From the NCBI GenBank assembly GCA_963764715.1, contig CAVXTP010000021.1, forward strand, positions 367,040 through 431,039: a stretch of 64,000 bases of DNA. Reading direction: 5' to 3'. A program made the position numbers and the translations under genes. Below are positions 17,180-26,516 of the stretch, one piece after another (within the stretch, counting starts at the first letter, position 1; the number at the start of each line of letters is the position of its first letter). This stretch comes from an uncultured Acidobacteriota bacterium (lineage in GTDB: Bacteria > Acidobacteriota > Thermoanaerobaculia > UBA5066 > Gp7-AA6). The notes under the pieces are model-generated. The model was not told where the DNA came from, did no database searches, and was given only the letters and a program-made list of their open reading frames with translations.

Positions 17180-19465
17180 CTACGGGAGCCCCAGCGCCTT
17201 GACGAGAAACGTCGCCATCTGCCCCCGCGTGTTCGGGCTCGAGGGACAGTAGACCGTCCCGTTGCCGCAGCCGGATGTCACGAATTCGAACTTGAGCTGC
17301 TCGACCCAGTTGGCGAAGAGGGAGGGGCACGGAACGTCGGCGAAGATCCCGCTGCAGGCGGGGGCCTGGTAGCTCGAGCCGTGGAGCGCCTTCAGGAGAA
17401 AGGGCGCCATCTGGTCGCGGCGGACCGTCGACGTCGGACAGAAATTGCCGCCGCCGCAGCCACCCGTGATGCCCTCCGCGAAGAGCGCCTCGATCCAGTC
17501 GGCGAAAGGGGACGGGCACGGCACGTCGGCGAAGAGGCCGGGCGGCGCACAGGGCGGAGGCGTGTAGCACAGCCCGTGCTTGGCCTTCAGCAGGAACACC
17601 GCCATCGCCTGGCGCTTGACGGGATCGGAGACGCCGTACAGGCCGCCTCCGATACCGACGGTGACCTCGTTGGCCACGAGCTTGACGATGTCGCCGTGAA
17701 ACGGATCCGCGGGCGGGACGTCCGAGAAATCGGCGACCCACCCATTGTCGAGCGTGCCCGACAGGCCGCCGGGGTTCGTCACCACGACGTCGTGGATGCT
17801 GCCCGCCGGCTTGGCCGGAAACGTGGCGGTGATCGTGTAGGGCGGCGTGACGACGACGCTCGAAGCGGCTTCGCCGCCGACGGAGACCGTCGCGCCGGCC
17901 TCGAACCCCTGACCGAAAAGCGTCACGCTGCCGCCGGACGGAGGGCCCGAGCGGGGATCGACCTTGAGCAGGAGGGACAGCGAGTTCTCCGACGTGTTGC
18001 CGTCCGGGTCGGTGGCCATCGCCGTGATGCCCTGGCCGACCGTCAGCGGCGCGGCGAGAATGTAGTCGATCGTCGCGTTGCCCGAAGCGTTCGTGGTGAC
18101 CTGCGTCGAACCGACGTAGTCCTGGGCCTGCGGGAAGGCCGTGGGCCGGACCACGCAGGCCGGATTCGCGTAGAAGTCGACGTCGAAGGTCGTCGACGGC
18201 GTGCTGTTGAACGAAGCGTGGACGACGGTCGGCGGACCGTAGTCGACGCCCGTGATCATGGGCGAATTCTGGAGGTTGTTGGCCCCGGTGTCGGCGTCGC
18301 CCGGATCGTTGGGCGCAGGGGCCGCCCACTCCGGCGCGAAGCCGCGCGACACGTTGCCGTAGATGCGGTTCCCCCGCACCGTGACGCGGTTGCTGCTGAA
18401 GCTCAGGATCGTGACTCCGACCGGATACCAGCCTGGCCGGCCGCCGTTGAAGGCGACGACGTTGCCTTCCCCCGGAGCGATGCCGCCGACGAGCGCGCCG
18501 TCGCCGTCGTGCAACGGGGAGACGATCATCCCTCCGGCGCGGTTCCCGAGGTTGCGGGTCCCGCTCGCGTCCGTTCCGACGATGTTGCCTTGGACGGCGA
18601 TGAGCCCCGCGCGGTTGCCGACACTGACCCCGAGGCTCGCGTTGCCGCTGATGATGTTGCCTTCCCCCGGAGCACTGCCTCCGATCTGGATCGGCTGGTC
18701 GCCGGTCCCGGCGGCGATGCCGATGCCGTTGGGAAGGGACACCGTCACGGTCCGGTCCGTCCCGATGATGTTTCCCCGGATCACGGCCGTGGGTATGTCG
18801 TCGACGGTCTCGACGATGGCGATGCCGGTCCCGTCGGCGTTCATCTCCTCGACGTTGTTGCCGGAGATCAGGTTCCGGTCTGCGGGAAGGGGTCCGCCGA
18901 TCTGGTGGCCGACCCCTCCGAAAACGTAGATGCCGCGAATCTGCCGGGTCACCCCGATTCCGCGGGGCACGGACAGTCCGTCGGGCGCCGTCCCGATGTA
19001 GTTGCCGGCGATCTTGATCCCGTCGCCCGCGCCCGGGTCGACCCAGATTCCGGCGATGTAGCAGCGGTTGATGGCGAGGCCTCGAACGACGGTGCCGCCG
19101 GCCGAGATGCGGAGGCCGACGGAGCTCAGCGCGAGCGGCAGAGGCTGTCCGCTGATCTCGATCGTCAGGATGGCGTTGGTTCCCTGGGGAAAGGCGAGGG
19201 TATTGGGCGAGGACCCCGCCTGCGTGTAGCCGTCGATCGTCGTCGTCTCCGTGATCGTCGGCAGGGGCGTCAGAAGCGAGATGGTGTGGACGCCGGAGCC
19301 CGGGATCGCGAACTGGATCGTGTGCGGACCGGCGCTCGAGGCCGTGTCGGAGATGGCCTGCCGCAGCGACCCGGCACCCGAGTCGGCGGTCGTCGTCACG
19401 GTGAACGTCGCGGCGACCAACGGCGTCGCGAGGCAGAGAGAGACGATCGCGATCGGAATGCGCAT
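17180..19465 (-). CDS. Secreted beta-helix / IPT / Cys-rich SLH protein, paralogue 7
   Basis: 761 aa ORF with the same architecture; converges on the kinase gene. Confidence 0.9.
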   Translation of the reverse strand: MRIPIAIVSLCLATPLVAATFTVTTTADSGAGSLRQAISDTASSAGPHTIQFAIPGSGVHTISLLTPLPTITETTTIDGYTQAGSSPNTLAFPQGTNAILTIEISGQPLPLALSSVGLRISAGGTVVRGLAINRCYIAGIWVDPGAGDGIKIAGNYIGTAPDGLSVPRGIGVTRQIRGIYVFGGVGHQIGGPLPADRNLISGNNVEEMNADGTGIAIVETVDDIPTAVIRGNIIGTDRTVTVSLPNGIGIAAGTGDQPIQIGGSAPGEGNIISGNASLGVSVGNRAGLIAVQGNIVGTDASGTRNLGNRAGGMIVSPLHDGDGALVGGIAPGEGNVVAFNGGRPGWYPVGVTILSFSSNRVTVRGNRIYGNVSRGFAPEWAAPAPNDPGDADTGANNLQNSPMITGVDYGPPTVVHASFNSTPSTTFDVDFYANPACVVRPTAFPQAQDYVGSTQVTTNASGNATIDYILAAPLTVGQGITAMATDPDGNTSENSLSLLLKVDPRSGPPSGGSVTLFGQGFEAGATVSVGGEAASSVVVTPPYTITATFPAKPAGSIHDVVVTNPGGLSGTLDNGWVADFSDVPPADPFHGDIVKLVANEVTVGIGGGLYGVSDPVKRQAMAVFLLKAKHGLCYTPPPCAPPGLFADVPCPSPFADWIEALFAEGITGGCGGGNFCPTSTVRRDQMAPFLLKALHGSSYQAPACSGIFADVPCPSLFANWVEQLKFEFVTSGCGNGTVYCPSSPNTRGQMATFLVKALGLP

Positions 19466-19481
19466 GGGAACGAGTCCTCCT

Positions 19482-21713
19482 TCAGGGAAGGCGAAGGGCC
19501 TTCACCAGGAAAGTCGCCATCTGGCCGCGGTTGTTCGGGTTCGAGGGACAGTAGTTGCCGCCGCCGCAGCCGGACGTCACGTACTCGATCGAGAGCTGCT
19601 CGACCCAGTCCGCGAAGAGGGACGGGCAGGGCACGTCGGCGAAGATGCCGCTGCAACTCGGCGGAACGTAGGTCGGGCCGTGGACGGCCTTGAGGAGAAA
19701 CGGCGCCATCTGGTCTCGGCGCACGACGTCGAGCGGGCAGAACTTGCCGCCGCCGCAGCCGCCGGTGATGCCCTCGGCGGCCATCGCCTCGATCCAGTCG
19801 GCGTACTGCGACGGGCAGGGCACGTCGCTGTAGGTCCCGGGCGGCGTGCACGCGGGCGGCGTGTAGCAGACGCCGTGCTCGGCCTTCAGCACGAAGACGG
19901 CCATGGCCTGCCGCTTCACCGGATTGTCCACGCCGTAGAGGCCGCTGCCGATCCCGGCCGTGACCTGGTTGGCGACGAGCTTGACGACGTCGTCGTGGAA
20001 CTGATTGGCCGGCGGAACGTCGAGAAAATCGGCGATGTAGCCGTTGCGAAGCGTTCCGGAGACGCCCCCCGGATTCGTGACGACGACGTCGTGGGCCGTT
20101 CCCGCTCCGAATGCCGGCATGTCCGCCGTGATCGAGTACGGCGGCGTCACGACGACGTTCGAAGCCGCGACGCCGCCGACCGAGACGGTCGCGCCGGCCG
20201 CGAGGAGCTGCCCCTCGAGCGTGACGCTGCCGCCGCCCGCCGCCGGACCGGAGCGGGGCGCGGCTTTCAGCAGGATCGTCTGGGAAAACTCCGACGTGTT
20301 GCCGGAAGGATCCGTGGCGATCGCCGTAACGAGCCCTCCCGGGGAGAGGGGCGAGGGCAGCGTGTAGTCGATCGCGACGACGCCCGACGCGTCCGTCGTC
20401 TTCTGGACGCTTCCGACCCGCACTTCGCCCTGCGTGGAGAGCACGGGAAACGCGACGCAGCTCGTGCTGGCGTAGAAGTCGACGTCGAATGTCGTCGAAG
20501 GCGTGCTGCTGAGCACGAAGTGCGCGACGGTCGGGGGCCCGTAGTCGATCCCGGTCAACACGGGAGCGTTCTGGCGTCCGTTCGGCCCGATGTCTCCGTC
20601 GCCGGGATCCGCCGGGTGTGGCGGATCGAGGCCGAGCGCGATGGCCACGGGCCGGTTGTCGTAGAAGAGGTTGCCGCGCGCCGTGATCTGGCCGCTCGAA
20701 CCCGACATGAGGAATCCGGCCGGGTAACTGAAGGGGCCGCCCAGCCCGTTGTGCGCGATGACGTTGCCTTCACCCGGGCCAAGGCCGCCGAGGACGCCCG
20801 TGAACGGTTGACCGCTCGAGTCCATCGAGACGCCGTTGCCGAGGTTGGCCAGGTTCGCGGTCTGCGTCGGGTTGGTGCCGACGAAGTTCCCCTGGAAGGT
20901 CGAAAACCGGCCGTAGAATCCGACCGCGAGGCTTCCCCCGATCACGTTGCCCTCGTTCGCTCCCGGCCCGCCGATCTGGACTCCGTGCTTCGACGGGCAA
21001 TACACGCCCATCCCGTTGGTGATGACATAAGACACGGTGGCGTCCGTTCCGATGAGATTCCCCTGTACCTTGCCGGCGACGTTGTACTCGAGGTAGACGC
21101 CGGCCAGGCCCGGATTTCCGGAGATGAGGTTCCGGTCCGCGGGGTCGGGTCCGCCGACCTGGACGTTGATGGGCGGCTCGTTGCCGAGCGTGCCGAGAGC
21201 GAAGACTCCCCAACGCTGGGATGACCCGTCGCCGACCGGCGTTCCCGCCGGCGTCGTGCCGAGGAAGTTGCCGGTGACCGTCAGGTTCCCTTTGTTGTAG
21301 ATCGCTCCGTCGCCACACCGGTTGATCACGAGACCCCGGATGTGCGCGTCGGTTGTTTCGAGCTCCCAGCACGACGCGAGCGAAACGGCCGCCCCGTTGA
21401 TCTCCACGTTGAGCACGGCGTTGGTCCCCTGCGCCAGCGGCAGCGTGTTGGGGGAGGAGCCTGGCTGCGTGTATCCGTCCACGGTGATCGGGCCGAACGC
21501 CTTCGGAAGCCACGTCGTCAGCGCGATCGTGTGGACGCCCGCACCCGGGATGTTGAAGTGGATCGTGTCGGCCCCGGGCGCGGCCTCCGCGTCGAGGATC
21601 GCCTGGCGGAGCGACCCCGGGCCGGTGTCGGCGGTCGTCGTCACGGTGAAGGTCGCGGCCGGAGCCGACGCTGCGGCGGACAGGGCGAGAACGAGGACGG
21701 CAGGAAGTCGCAT
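19482..21713 (-). CDS. Secreted beta-helix / IPT / Cys-rich SLH protein, paralogue 8
   Basis: C-terminal part of ORF 19482..26447; true start ATG 21713 (MRLPAVLVLAL, AAGGAG upstream). Confidence 0.9.
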   Translation of the reverse strand: MRLPAVLVLALSAAASAPAATFTVTTTADTGPGSLRQAILDAEAAPGADTIHFNIPGAGVHTIALTTWLPKAFGPITVDGYTQPGSSPNTLPLAQGTNAVLNVEINGAAVSLASCWELETTDAHIRGLVINRCGDGAIYNKGNLTVTGNFLGTTPAGTPVGDGSSQRWGVFALGTLGNEPPINVQVGGPDPADRNLISGNPGLAGVYLEYNVAGKVQGNLIGTDATVSYVITNGMGVYCPSKHGVQIGGPGANEGNVIGGSLAVGFYGRFSTFQGNFVGTNPTQTANLANLGNGVSMDSSGQPFTGVLGGLGPGEGNVIAHNGLGGPFSYPAGFLMSGSSGQITARGNLFYDNRPVAIALGLDPPHPADPGDGDIGPNGRQNAPVLTGIDYGPPTVAHFVLSSTPSTTFDVDFYASTSCVAFPVLSTQGEVRVGSVQKTTDASGVVAIDYTLPSPLSPGGLVTAIATDPSGNTSEFSQTILLKAAPRSGPAAGGGSVTLEGQLLAAGATVSVGGVAASNVVVTPPYSITADMPAFGAGTAHDVVVTNPGGVSGTLRNGYIADFLDVPPANQFHDDVVKLVANQVTAGIGSGLYGVDNPVKRQAMAVFVLKAEHGVCYTPPACTPPGTYSDVPCPSQYADWIEAMAAEGITGGCGGGKFCPLDVVRRDQMAPFLLKAVHGPTYVPPSCSGIFADVPCPSLFADWVEQLSIEYVTSGCGGGNYCPSNPNNRGQMATFLVKALRLP

Positions 21714-21727
21714 CGTGAATTTCTCCT

Positions 21728-23956
21728 TTAGGGGAGCCGGAGCGCCTTGACGAGAAAGGTCGCCATCTGTCCCCGCGTGTTGGGGCTGGCCGGACAGTAC
21801 ACCGTGCCGTTGCCGCAGCCGGTCGTGACGTTTTCGGCCTTCAGCTGTTCGATCCAGTCCGCGAAGAGCGACGGGCAGACGACGTCGGCGAAAATGCCGC
21901 TGCACCGCGGCGGCACGTACTGCGGCCCGTGCACGGCCTTGAGAAGAAACGGCGCCATCTGGTCCCGCCGGACGGTGTTCGTCGGGCAGAAGTTCCCGCC
22001 GCCGCATCCGCCGGTGATCCCCTCGGCGGCCATGGCCTCGATCCAGTCGGCGAAGGGCGACGGGCAGGGCACGTCGGCGAAGAGCCCGGGCGGCGCGCAC
22101 GGGGGCGGGGTGTAGCAGACGCCGTGCTCCGCCTTGAGGACGAAGACCGCCATGGCCTGGCGCTTGACGGGATCGTTGACGCCGTAGAGGCCCCCGCCGA
22201 TCCCGACCGTGACCTCGCTCGCCACGAGCTTGACGATGTCGTCGTGGAAGAGGTTTGCTGCCGGGACGTCGAGGAAGTCGGCGACGTAGCCGTTCGCGAG
22301 GCTGCCGGTCAGGCCGCCGGGGTTGGTCACGGCCACGTCGTGGACGGTGCCGGGCGGAAACGCCGGCATGTCGGCCGTGATCGTGTAGGGCGGCGTCCCG
22401 ACGACGTTCGAGGGGGCGAGCCCGCCGACGTCGACCGTGGCCCCGGCCTGGAGGAGCTGGCCCGACAGCGTCACGCTGCCTCCGCCCGCGGCCGGGCCCG
22501 AGCGCGGCGCGGTCTTCAGCAGGATGGTCTGCGAGAACTCCGAGGTGTTCCCGGCGGGGTCGGTGGCGAGCGCCGCCACGCCCTGGCCGGCGAGGAGGGG
22601 AGAGGGAAGCGTGAAGTCGATGGTCGCGAGGCCCGACGCGTCGGTCGTCGCCTGGACGGTTCCGACCATTTCCTCGCCCTCGGCATACGCCGTTGGCCGC
22701 GCGGCGCAGAGGAGGTTGGCGTAGAAGTCGACGTCGAACGTCGTCGACGGCGTGCTGCTCAGGACGGCGTGCGCGACGGTCGGCGGGCCATAGTCGATCC
22801 CGGTGATGACCGGCGCGTTCTGAAGACCGTTCGGCCCGGTGTCCGCGTCGCCCGGGTCGGCGGGGTTCGGCGGATTGATCCCGAGGGAGATCCCGACGGG
22901 CCCGTTGCCGTAGAAACGGTTGCCCCGGGCGTTGACGCTTCCGCCGGTGATGACGAGCCCGCCGGGGTAGCCGCTGACGCCGCCCCCGCCGTTCCAGGCG
23001 AAGACGTTGCCTTCGCCTGGCCCGAGTCCTCCGACGGAGCCGCCGCCGACGTTGCCCGTCACCAGACCGCCGCCGAGGTTGCCGAGGGCCCGGTCCTCCG
23101 CGGCGTTGGTGCCGACGAAGTTGCCCTGGAAGACCTCGAGAGTCCCGAACATGCCGGCGGACAGGCTGCCGGCGATCACGTTGCCTTCGTTCGGGCCGGG
23201 GCCGCCCACGTGCGGCGGCGGCGTGGCTCCGCTGAAGACGCCGATGCCGTTGGAGATCGCGTAGGACGCGGTCGCGTCGACGCCGATGAGGTTTCCCTGA
23301 AGAGTCATGTGCGTGTAGAACTGGGCCCGGACGCCCTCGGAGAGCTGGAACGATGTGTGGCCCGAGATGAGGTTGCGGTCCGCGGGGTTCGGTCCTCCGA
23401 CGACGACCTCCGTCGTCGCGGGTTCGGACTGGGCGCCCAGGGCGTAGATCCCGCGGTTCTGGCGCGAGCCGTCGGTGAGCGGGCCCCCCTGCGGCGTCGT
23501 TCCGAGGAAGTTGCCGGCGATCGTGACCGAGCCCGTGACCTGGATCGTTCCAATCGGGCAGCGGTTGATCGTGAGGCCCTGGATGCGGCCGCCGCCGGCG
23601 GCCCAGGTCAGACACGGCTCCAGCGTGACGGCCGCGCCGCTGACCTCGATGTTCAGGACGGCGTTCGTGCCCTGCGCGAGCGGCAGGGTGTTCGGCGAGG
23701 AGCCGGGCTGCGTGTAGCCGTCGATCGTCGCGATGTCCGTCACGGCGGGCAGCGCCGAGGCGATCACGAGGGTGTGCACGCCCGGTCCCGGGACGTCGAA
23801 CGCGATGACGTCGGCGCCCCCCGCGGCATTCGCGTCGAGGATCGCCTGGCGGAGCGACCCCGCGCCCGAATCGCTCACGTTCGTGACGGTGAACGTGGCG
23901 GCGGCCGCGGGGACCGAGGCGGCGAGCAGAGCGGCGGCGAGTTTGGAGGGGCGCAA
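21728..23956 (-). CDS. Secreted beta-helix / IPT / Cys-rich SLH protein, paralogue 9
   Basis: 742 aa ORF; TTG start with GGAGG upstream. Confidence 0.9.
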   Translation of the reverse strand: MRPSKLAAALLAASVPAAAATFTVTNVSDSGAGSLRQAILDANAAGGADVIAFDVPGPGVHTLVIASALPAVTDIATIDGYTQPGSSPNTLPLAQGTNAVLNIEVSGAAVTLEPCLTWAAGGGRIQGLTINRCPIGTIQVTGSVTIAGNFLGTTPQGGPLTDGSRQNRGIYALGAQSEPATTEVVVGGPNPADRNLISGHTSFQLSEGVRAQFYTHMTLQGNLIGVDATASYAISNGIGVFSGATPPPHVGGPGPNEGNVIAGSLSAGMFGTLEVFQGNFVGTNAAEDRALGNLGGGLVTGNVGGGSVGGLGPGEGNVFAWNGGGGVSGYPGGLVITGGSVNARGNRFYGNGPVGISLGINPPNPADPGDADTGPNGLQNAPVITGIDYGPPTVAHAVLSSTPSTTFDVDFYANLLCAARPTAYAEGEEMVGTVQATTDASGLATIDFTLPSPLLAGQGVAALATDPAGNTSEFSQTILLKTAPRSGPAAGGGSVTLSGQLLQAGATVDVGGLAPSNVVGTPPYTITADMPAFPPGTVHDVAVTNPGGLTGSLANGYVADFLDVPAANLFHDDIVKLVASEVTVGIGGGLYGVNDPVKRQAMAVFVLKAEHGVCYTPPPCAPPGLFADVPCPSPFADWIEAMAAEGITGGCGGGNFCPTNTVRRDQMAPFLLKAVHGPQYVPPRCSGIFADVVCPSLFADWIEQLKAENVTTGCGNGTVYCPASPNTRGQMATFLVKALRLP

Positions 23957-23965
23957 GAGACCTCC

Positions 23966-26362
23966 CTAGAAGAGGAAGAATGTTTTCGTGACGAACACGG
24001 CCATCTGTCCGCGCGTGACGGGATTCAATGGGCAGTACAGGTTCAGGCCGCAGCCGCCGGTGATGTTCCCGTTGGCCAGCGTCTCGATCCAGTCGGCGAA
24101 CGTCGACGGGCACGGAACGTCGTCGAACAGGCCGACGCACGGGTCCGGAACGAAGTCGGATCCGGCGCGGGCCTTGATCAGAAGCGGCGCCATCTGGTCG
24201 CGGCGCACGGGATTCTGCGGGCAGAAATTGCCGCCACCGCAGCCCCCGGCGATGCCCGCGGCCGCGAGCGCCTCGATCCACGGCGCGAACGTCGACGGGC
24301 ATGGCACGTCGGCGAAGACGCCGGAGCAGGCCGGCGGCACGTAGCAGATCCCGTGCTTCGCCTTGAGCAGGAACACCGCCATCTGCTGGCGCGTCGTCGC
24401 GACGCCGACGCCGAAGTTCCCTGCGCCCACGCCGGCCGACACCCCGTTCGTTACGAGGCGCACGACGTAGTCGTGAAAGGGGTGACCGGCCGGTACGTCG
24501 AGGAAGTCGGACAGCCACGCCTTCTCGAGGCTGTAGCCGCCCGAGAGATTGCTCGCGACGACGTCGTAAGCGACGCCCGGAGGGAGGGCGGGTGCCGTGC
24601 CGGTGATGGTCCCGTAGTCCACCACGGCGAGATTGCCGAGGGGCAGGCCCGAAAAGGCGACGGCCGTCGAGGGCCCGAAGTCCATTCCGAGGATCGTCAC
24701 CGGCGTTCCTCCCTCGGCCGGCCCCGACTTCGGGTCGATCGAGAGGATGATGCGCTGCGAGAACTCCGAGGTATGTCCCTGGGGGTCGGTCGCCGTCGCC
24801 GTGACCTGCTGGCCGGGCTGGATCTGGAAGGGAACCGAGGTCGAGAACGCGGCCTTTCCCCCGCCGTCCGTCGTCAGCACGATCGAGCCCACGGACTGCT
24901 CGCCCTGGGCGTAGCCCCATGGCCAGACGTTGCACGACGGCCCGAAGAAGAGATCGACGTCGAATGCCGTGGACGGCGTACTGTCGAGATATCCCTGAAT
25001 CAGGGTCGCACCGGTCGTCGCGCCGACGTTCGTGATGATCGGAAAGTTCTGGCTGAGATTCGGACCGGTGTCGAGGTCGCCCGGATCGTTGGGCGTCACG
25101 GCGCCGCCGGCCCGTCCGTTGAGCAGGTCGATGCCGAGATAGAGGTTGTCGAAGATGCGGTTGCCGCGGATCGTGACCTTCGGTCCGCGGACGTGGACGC
25201 CGCCGATCATCGAGAAGAACGTCCGCCCGTTGTGTGCGATGACGTTGCCCTCGCCGGGCCCGAGCCCGCCGATCGTGATGTCGCCGTTCTCCTCGAGGGC
25301 GTAGATTCCCCCGCCGGTGTTCCCGAGCGCGAGCGTGGCTCCCGCGTCCGTTCCGACGAAGTTGCCCTGGATGACGGAGCTCGATCGCTCGAGCTCGATT
25401 CCGACGCCGCCCTGGGCGGCGATCACGTTCCCGCGGATCTGGGGCGACGCGTCGACGACGTCGATGCCGACGCCGCCGCCGATCGGCTGCGTGCCGGTCA
25501 CGTCGGTCCCGATGAAGTTGCCGAGGATCGAGCCCGAGGCGTCGGCGTTGGAGACGCGGATGGCCCGGTTGGCGACGCCCGAGATCACGTTGCGCGACGC
25601 CGGGTCCGCGCCCCCGACGACGACGCTCGCGGCGACGTCGAGGACGAGCCCGTCGGCCAGCGGACCGCCGGCGAGCGCCGCGGTCCCGGCGGCATTGGTC
25701 CCGATGAGATTCCCGCGAACGCCGAGGAAGGCGGCCGTGTCGGTGACCACGCCCGCGTCCGTGTGCCCGCTGATGAGGTTTCGCTCGAAGGCCAGCGAGC
25801 CTCCGATCCCGACGAAGAGGGCGTTGACGATCCGGATCCCGAACCCCTGCGGGCCCGGGACGCTCGTACCCGAGGGGTCGGTCCCGATGTAGTTGCCGAC
25901 GATGAGCGCCCCGTCGCCGCCGGTCCCGACGTGGATGGCGCCGACGGGGCAGCGATTGATGACGAGCCCCTGGATGGCCATGACGAGGAGCTTGTCGTTG
26001 CCGGCGAAGACCTGGATGCAGGGCTCCGAGGCCGCGCCCGTCCCGTCGATCTGGATGAGCATGCTCGCGTTGAGTCCCTGGCCCGTCGGGTTCGTGTTGA
26101 ACGTCGCGCCCGGCTGCGTGAACCCGTCGATCAGGACGGGCTGGGTGATCGGCGGGAGCCCCGACGCCAGAACGATCGTCTGAACGCCCGGGGCCGGGAT
26201 CGCGAACGCGATGTCGTCGTTGCCCGGGTTCGCGTTCGCGCCGAGGATGGCCTGGCGGAGCGACCCGGGGCCCGAGTCGGCGGTGTTCGTGACGGTGAAC
26301 GTCGCGGCGCCCGCCGCCGCGGCGCACGAGACGAATGCGATTGCGAGAGCCGATCGACGCAT
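23966..26362 (-). CDS. Secreted beta-helix / IPT / Cys-rich SLH protein, paralogue 10
   Basis: 798 aa ORF with the same architecture. Confidence 0.9.
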   Translation of the reverse strand: MRRSALAIAFVSCAAAAGAATFTVTNTADSGPGSLRQAILGANANPGNDDIAFAIPAPGVQTIVLASGLPPITQPVLIDGFTQPGATFNTNPTGQGLNASMLIQIDGTGAASEPCIQVFAGNDKLLVMAIQGLVINRCPVGAIHVGTGGDGALIVGNYIGTDPSGTSVPGPQGFGIRIVNALFVGIGGSLAFERNLISGHTDAGVVTDTAAFLGVRGNLIGTNAAGTAALAGGPLADGLVLDVAASVVVGGADPASRNVISGVANRAIRVSNADASGSILGNFIGTDVTGTQPIGGGVGIDVVDASPQIRGNVIAAQGGVGIELERSSSVIQGNFVGTDAGATLALGNTGGGIYALEENGDITIGGLGPGEGNVIAHNGRTFFSMIGGVHVRGPKVTIRGNRIFDNLYLGIDLLNGRAGGAVTPNDPGDLDTGPNLSQNFPIITNVGATTGATLIQGYLDSTPSTAFDVDLFFGPSCNVWPWGYAQGEQSVGSIVLTTDGGGKAAFSTSVPFQIQPGQQVTATATDPQGHTSEFSQRIILSIDPKSGPAEGGTPVTILGMDFGPSTAVAFSGLPLGNLAVVDYGTITGTAPALPPGVAYDVVASNLSGGYSLEKAWLSDFLDVPAGHPFHDYVVRLVTNGVSAGVGAGNFGVGVATTRQQMAVFLLKAKHGICYVPPACSGVFADVPCPSTFAPWIEALAAAGIAGGCGGGNFCPQNPVRRDQMAPLLIKARAGSDFVPDPCVGLFDDVPCPSTFADWIETLANGNITGGCGLNLYCPLNPVTRGQMAVFVTKTFFLF

Positions 26363-26382
26363 GAGCCCTCCGTGGAGCGGGT

Positions 26383-26475
26383 CTATTGCAGGTTGAACGT
26401 CTTGACCGGGAGCCGCCCACCGAAGGCAGACCCCCGGCAGTAGGCAACGCCGGGCGCAGCCCGGCGGTAACTGAC
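26383..26475 (-). pseudogene. Decayed 3' stub of a lost paralogue
   Basis: The intergenic segment encodes ...AYC...VKTFNLQ-stop, matching the family C-terminus (NYCP...VKTFNLQ). A degenerate gtt-acc-gcc-ggg (VTAG) lies upstream in another frame. Confidence 0.6.
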
Positions 26476-26516
26476 GGACGCGGCTTGATCGACGAACTCC
26501 ACCCGTGGCTTCTCCG

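Noticed and set aside
19482-26447. Apparent giant proteins (2321 aa here, 1505 aa at 3686..8203, 1335 aa at 38063..42070, 1313 aa at 8594..12535)
   Set aside because: Off-frame, Arg/Pro-rich read-through of upstream genes. The real genes have their own RBS and start near the 3' end of these ORFs or lie in another frame.
26485-26516. TCGTCGAT upstream of paralogue 10 (and CCGTCGAG at 52812-52819) as further copies of the ECF motif
   Set aside because: The downstream box is similar, but no TGnCC box lies at the 14-nt spacing.
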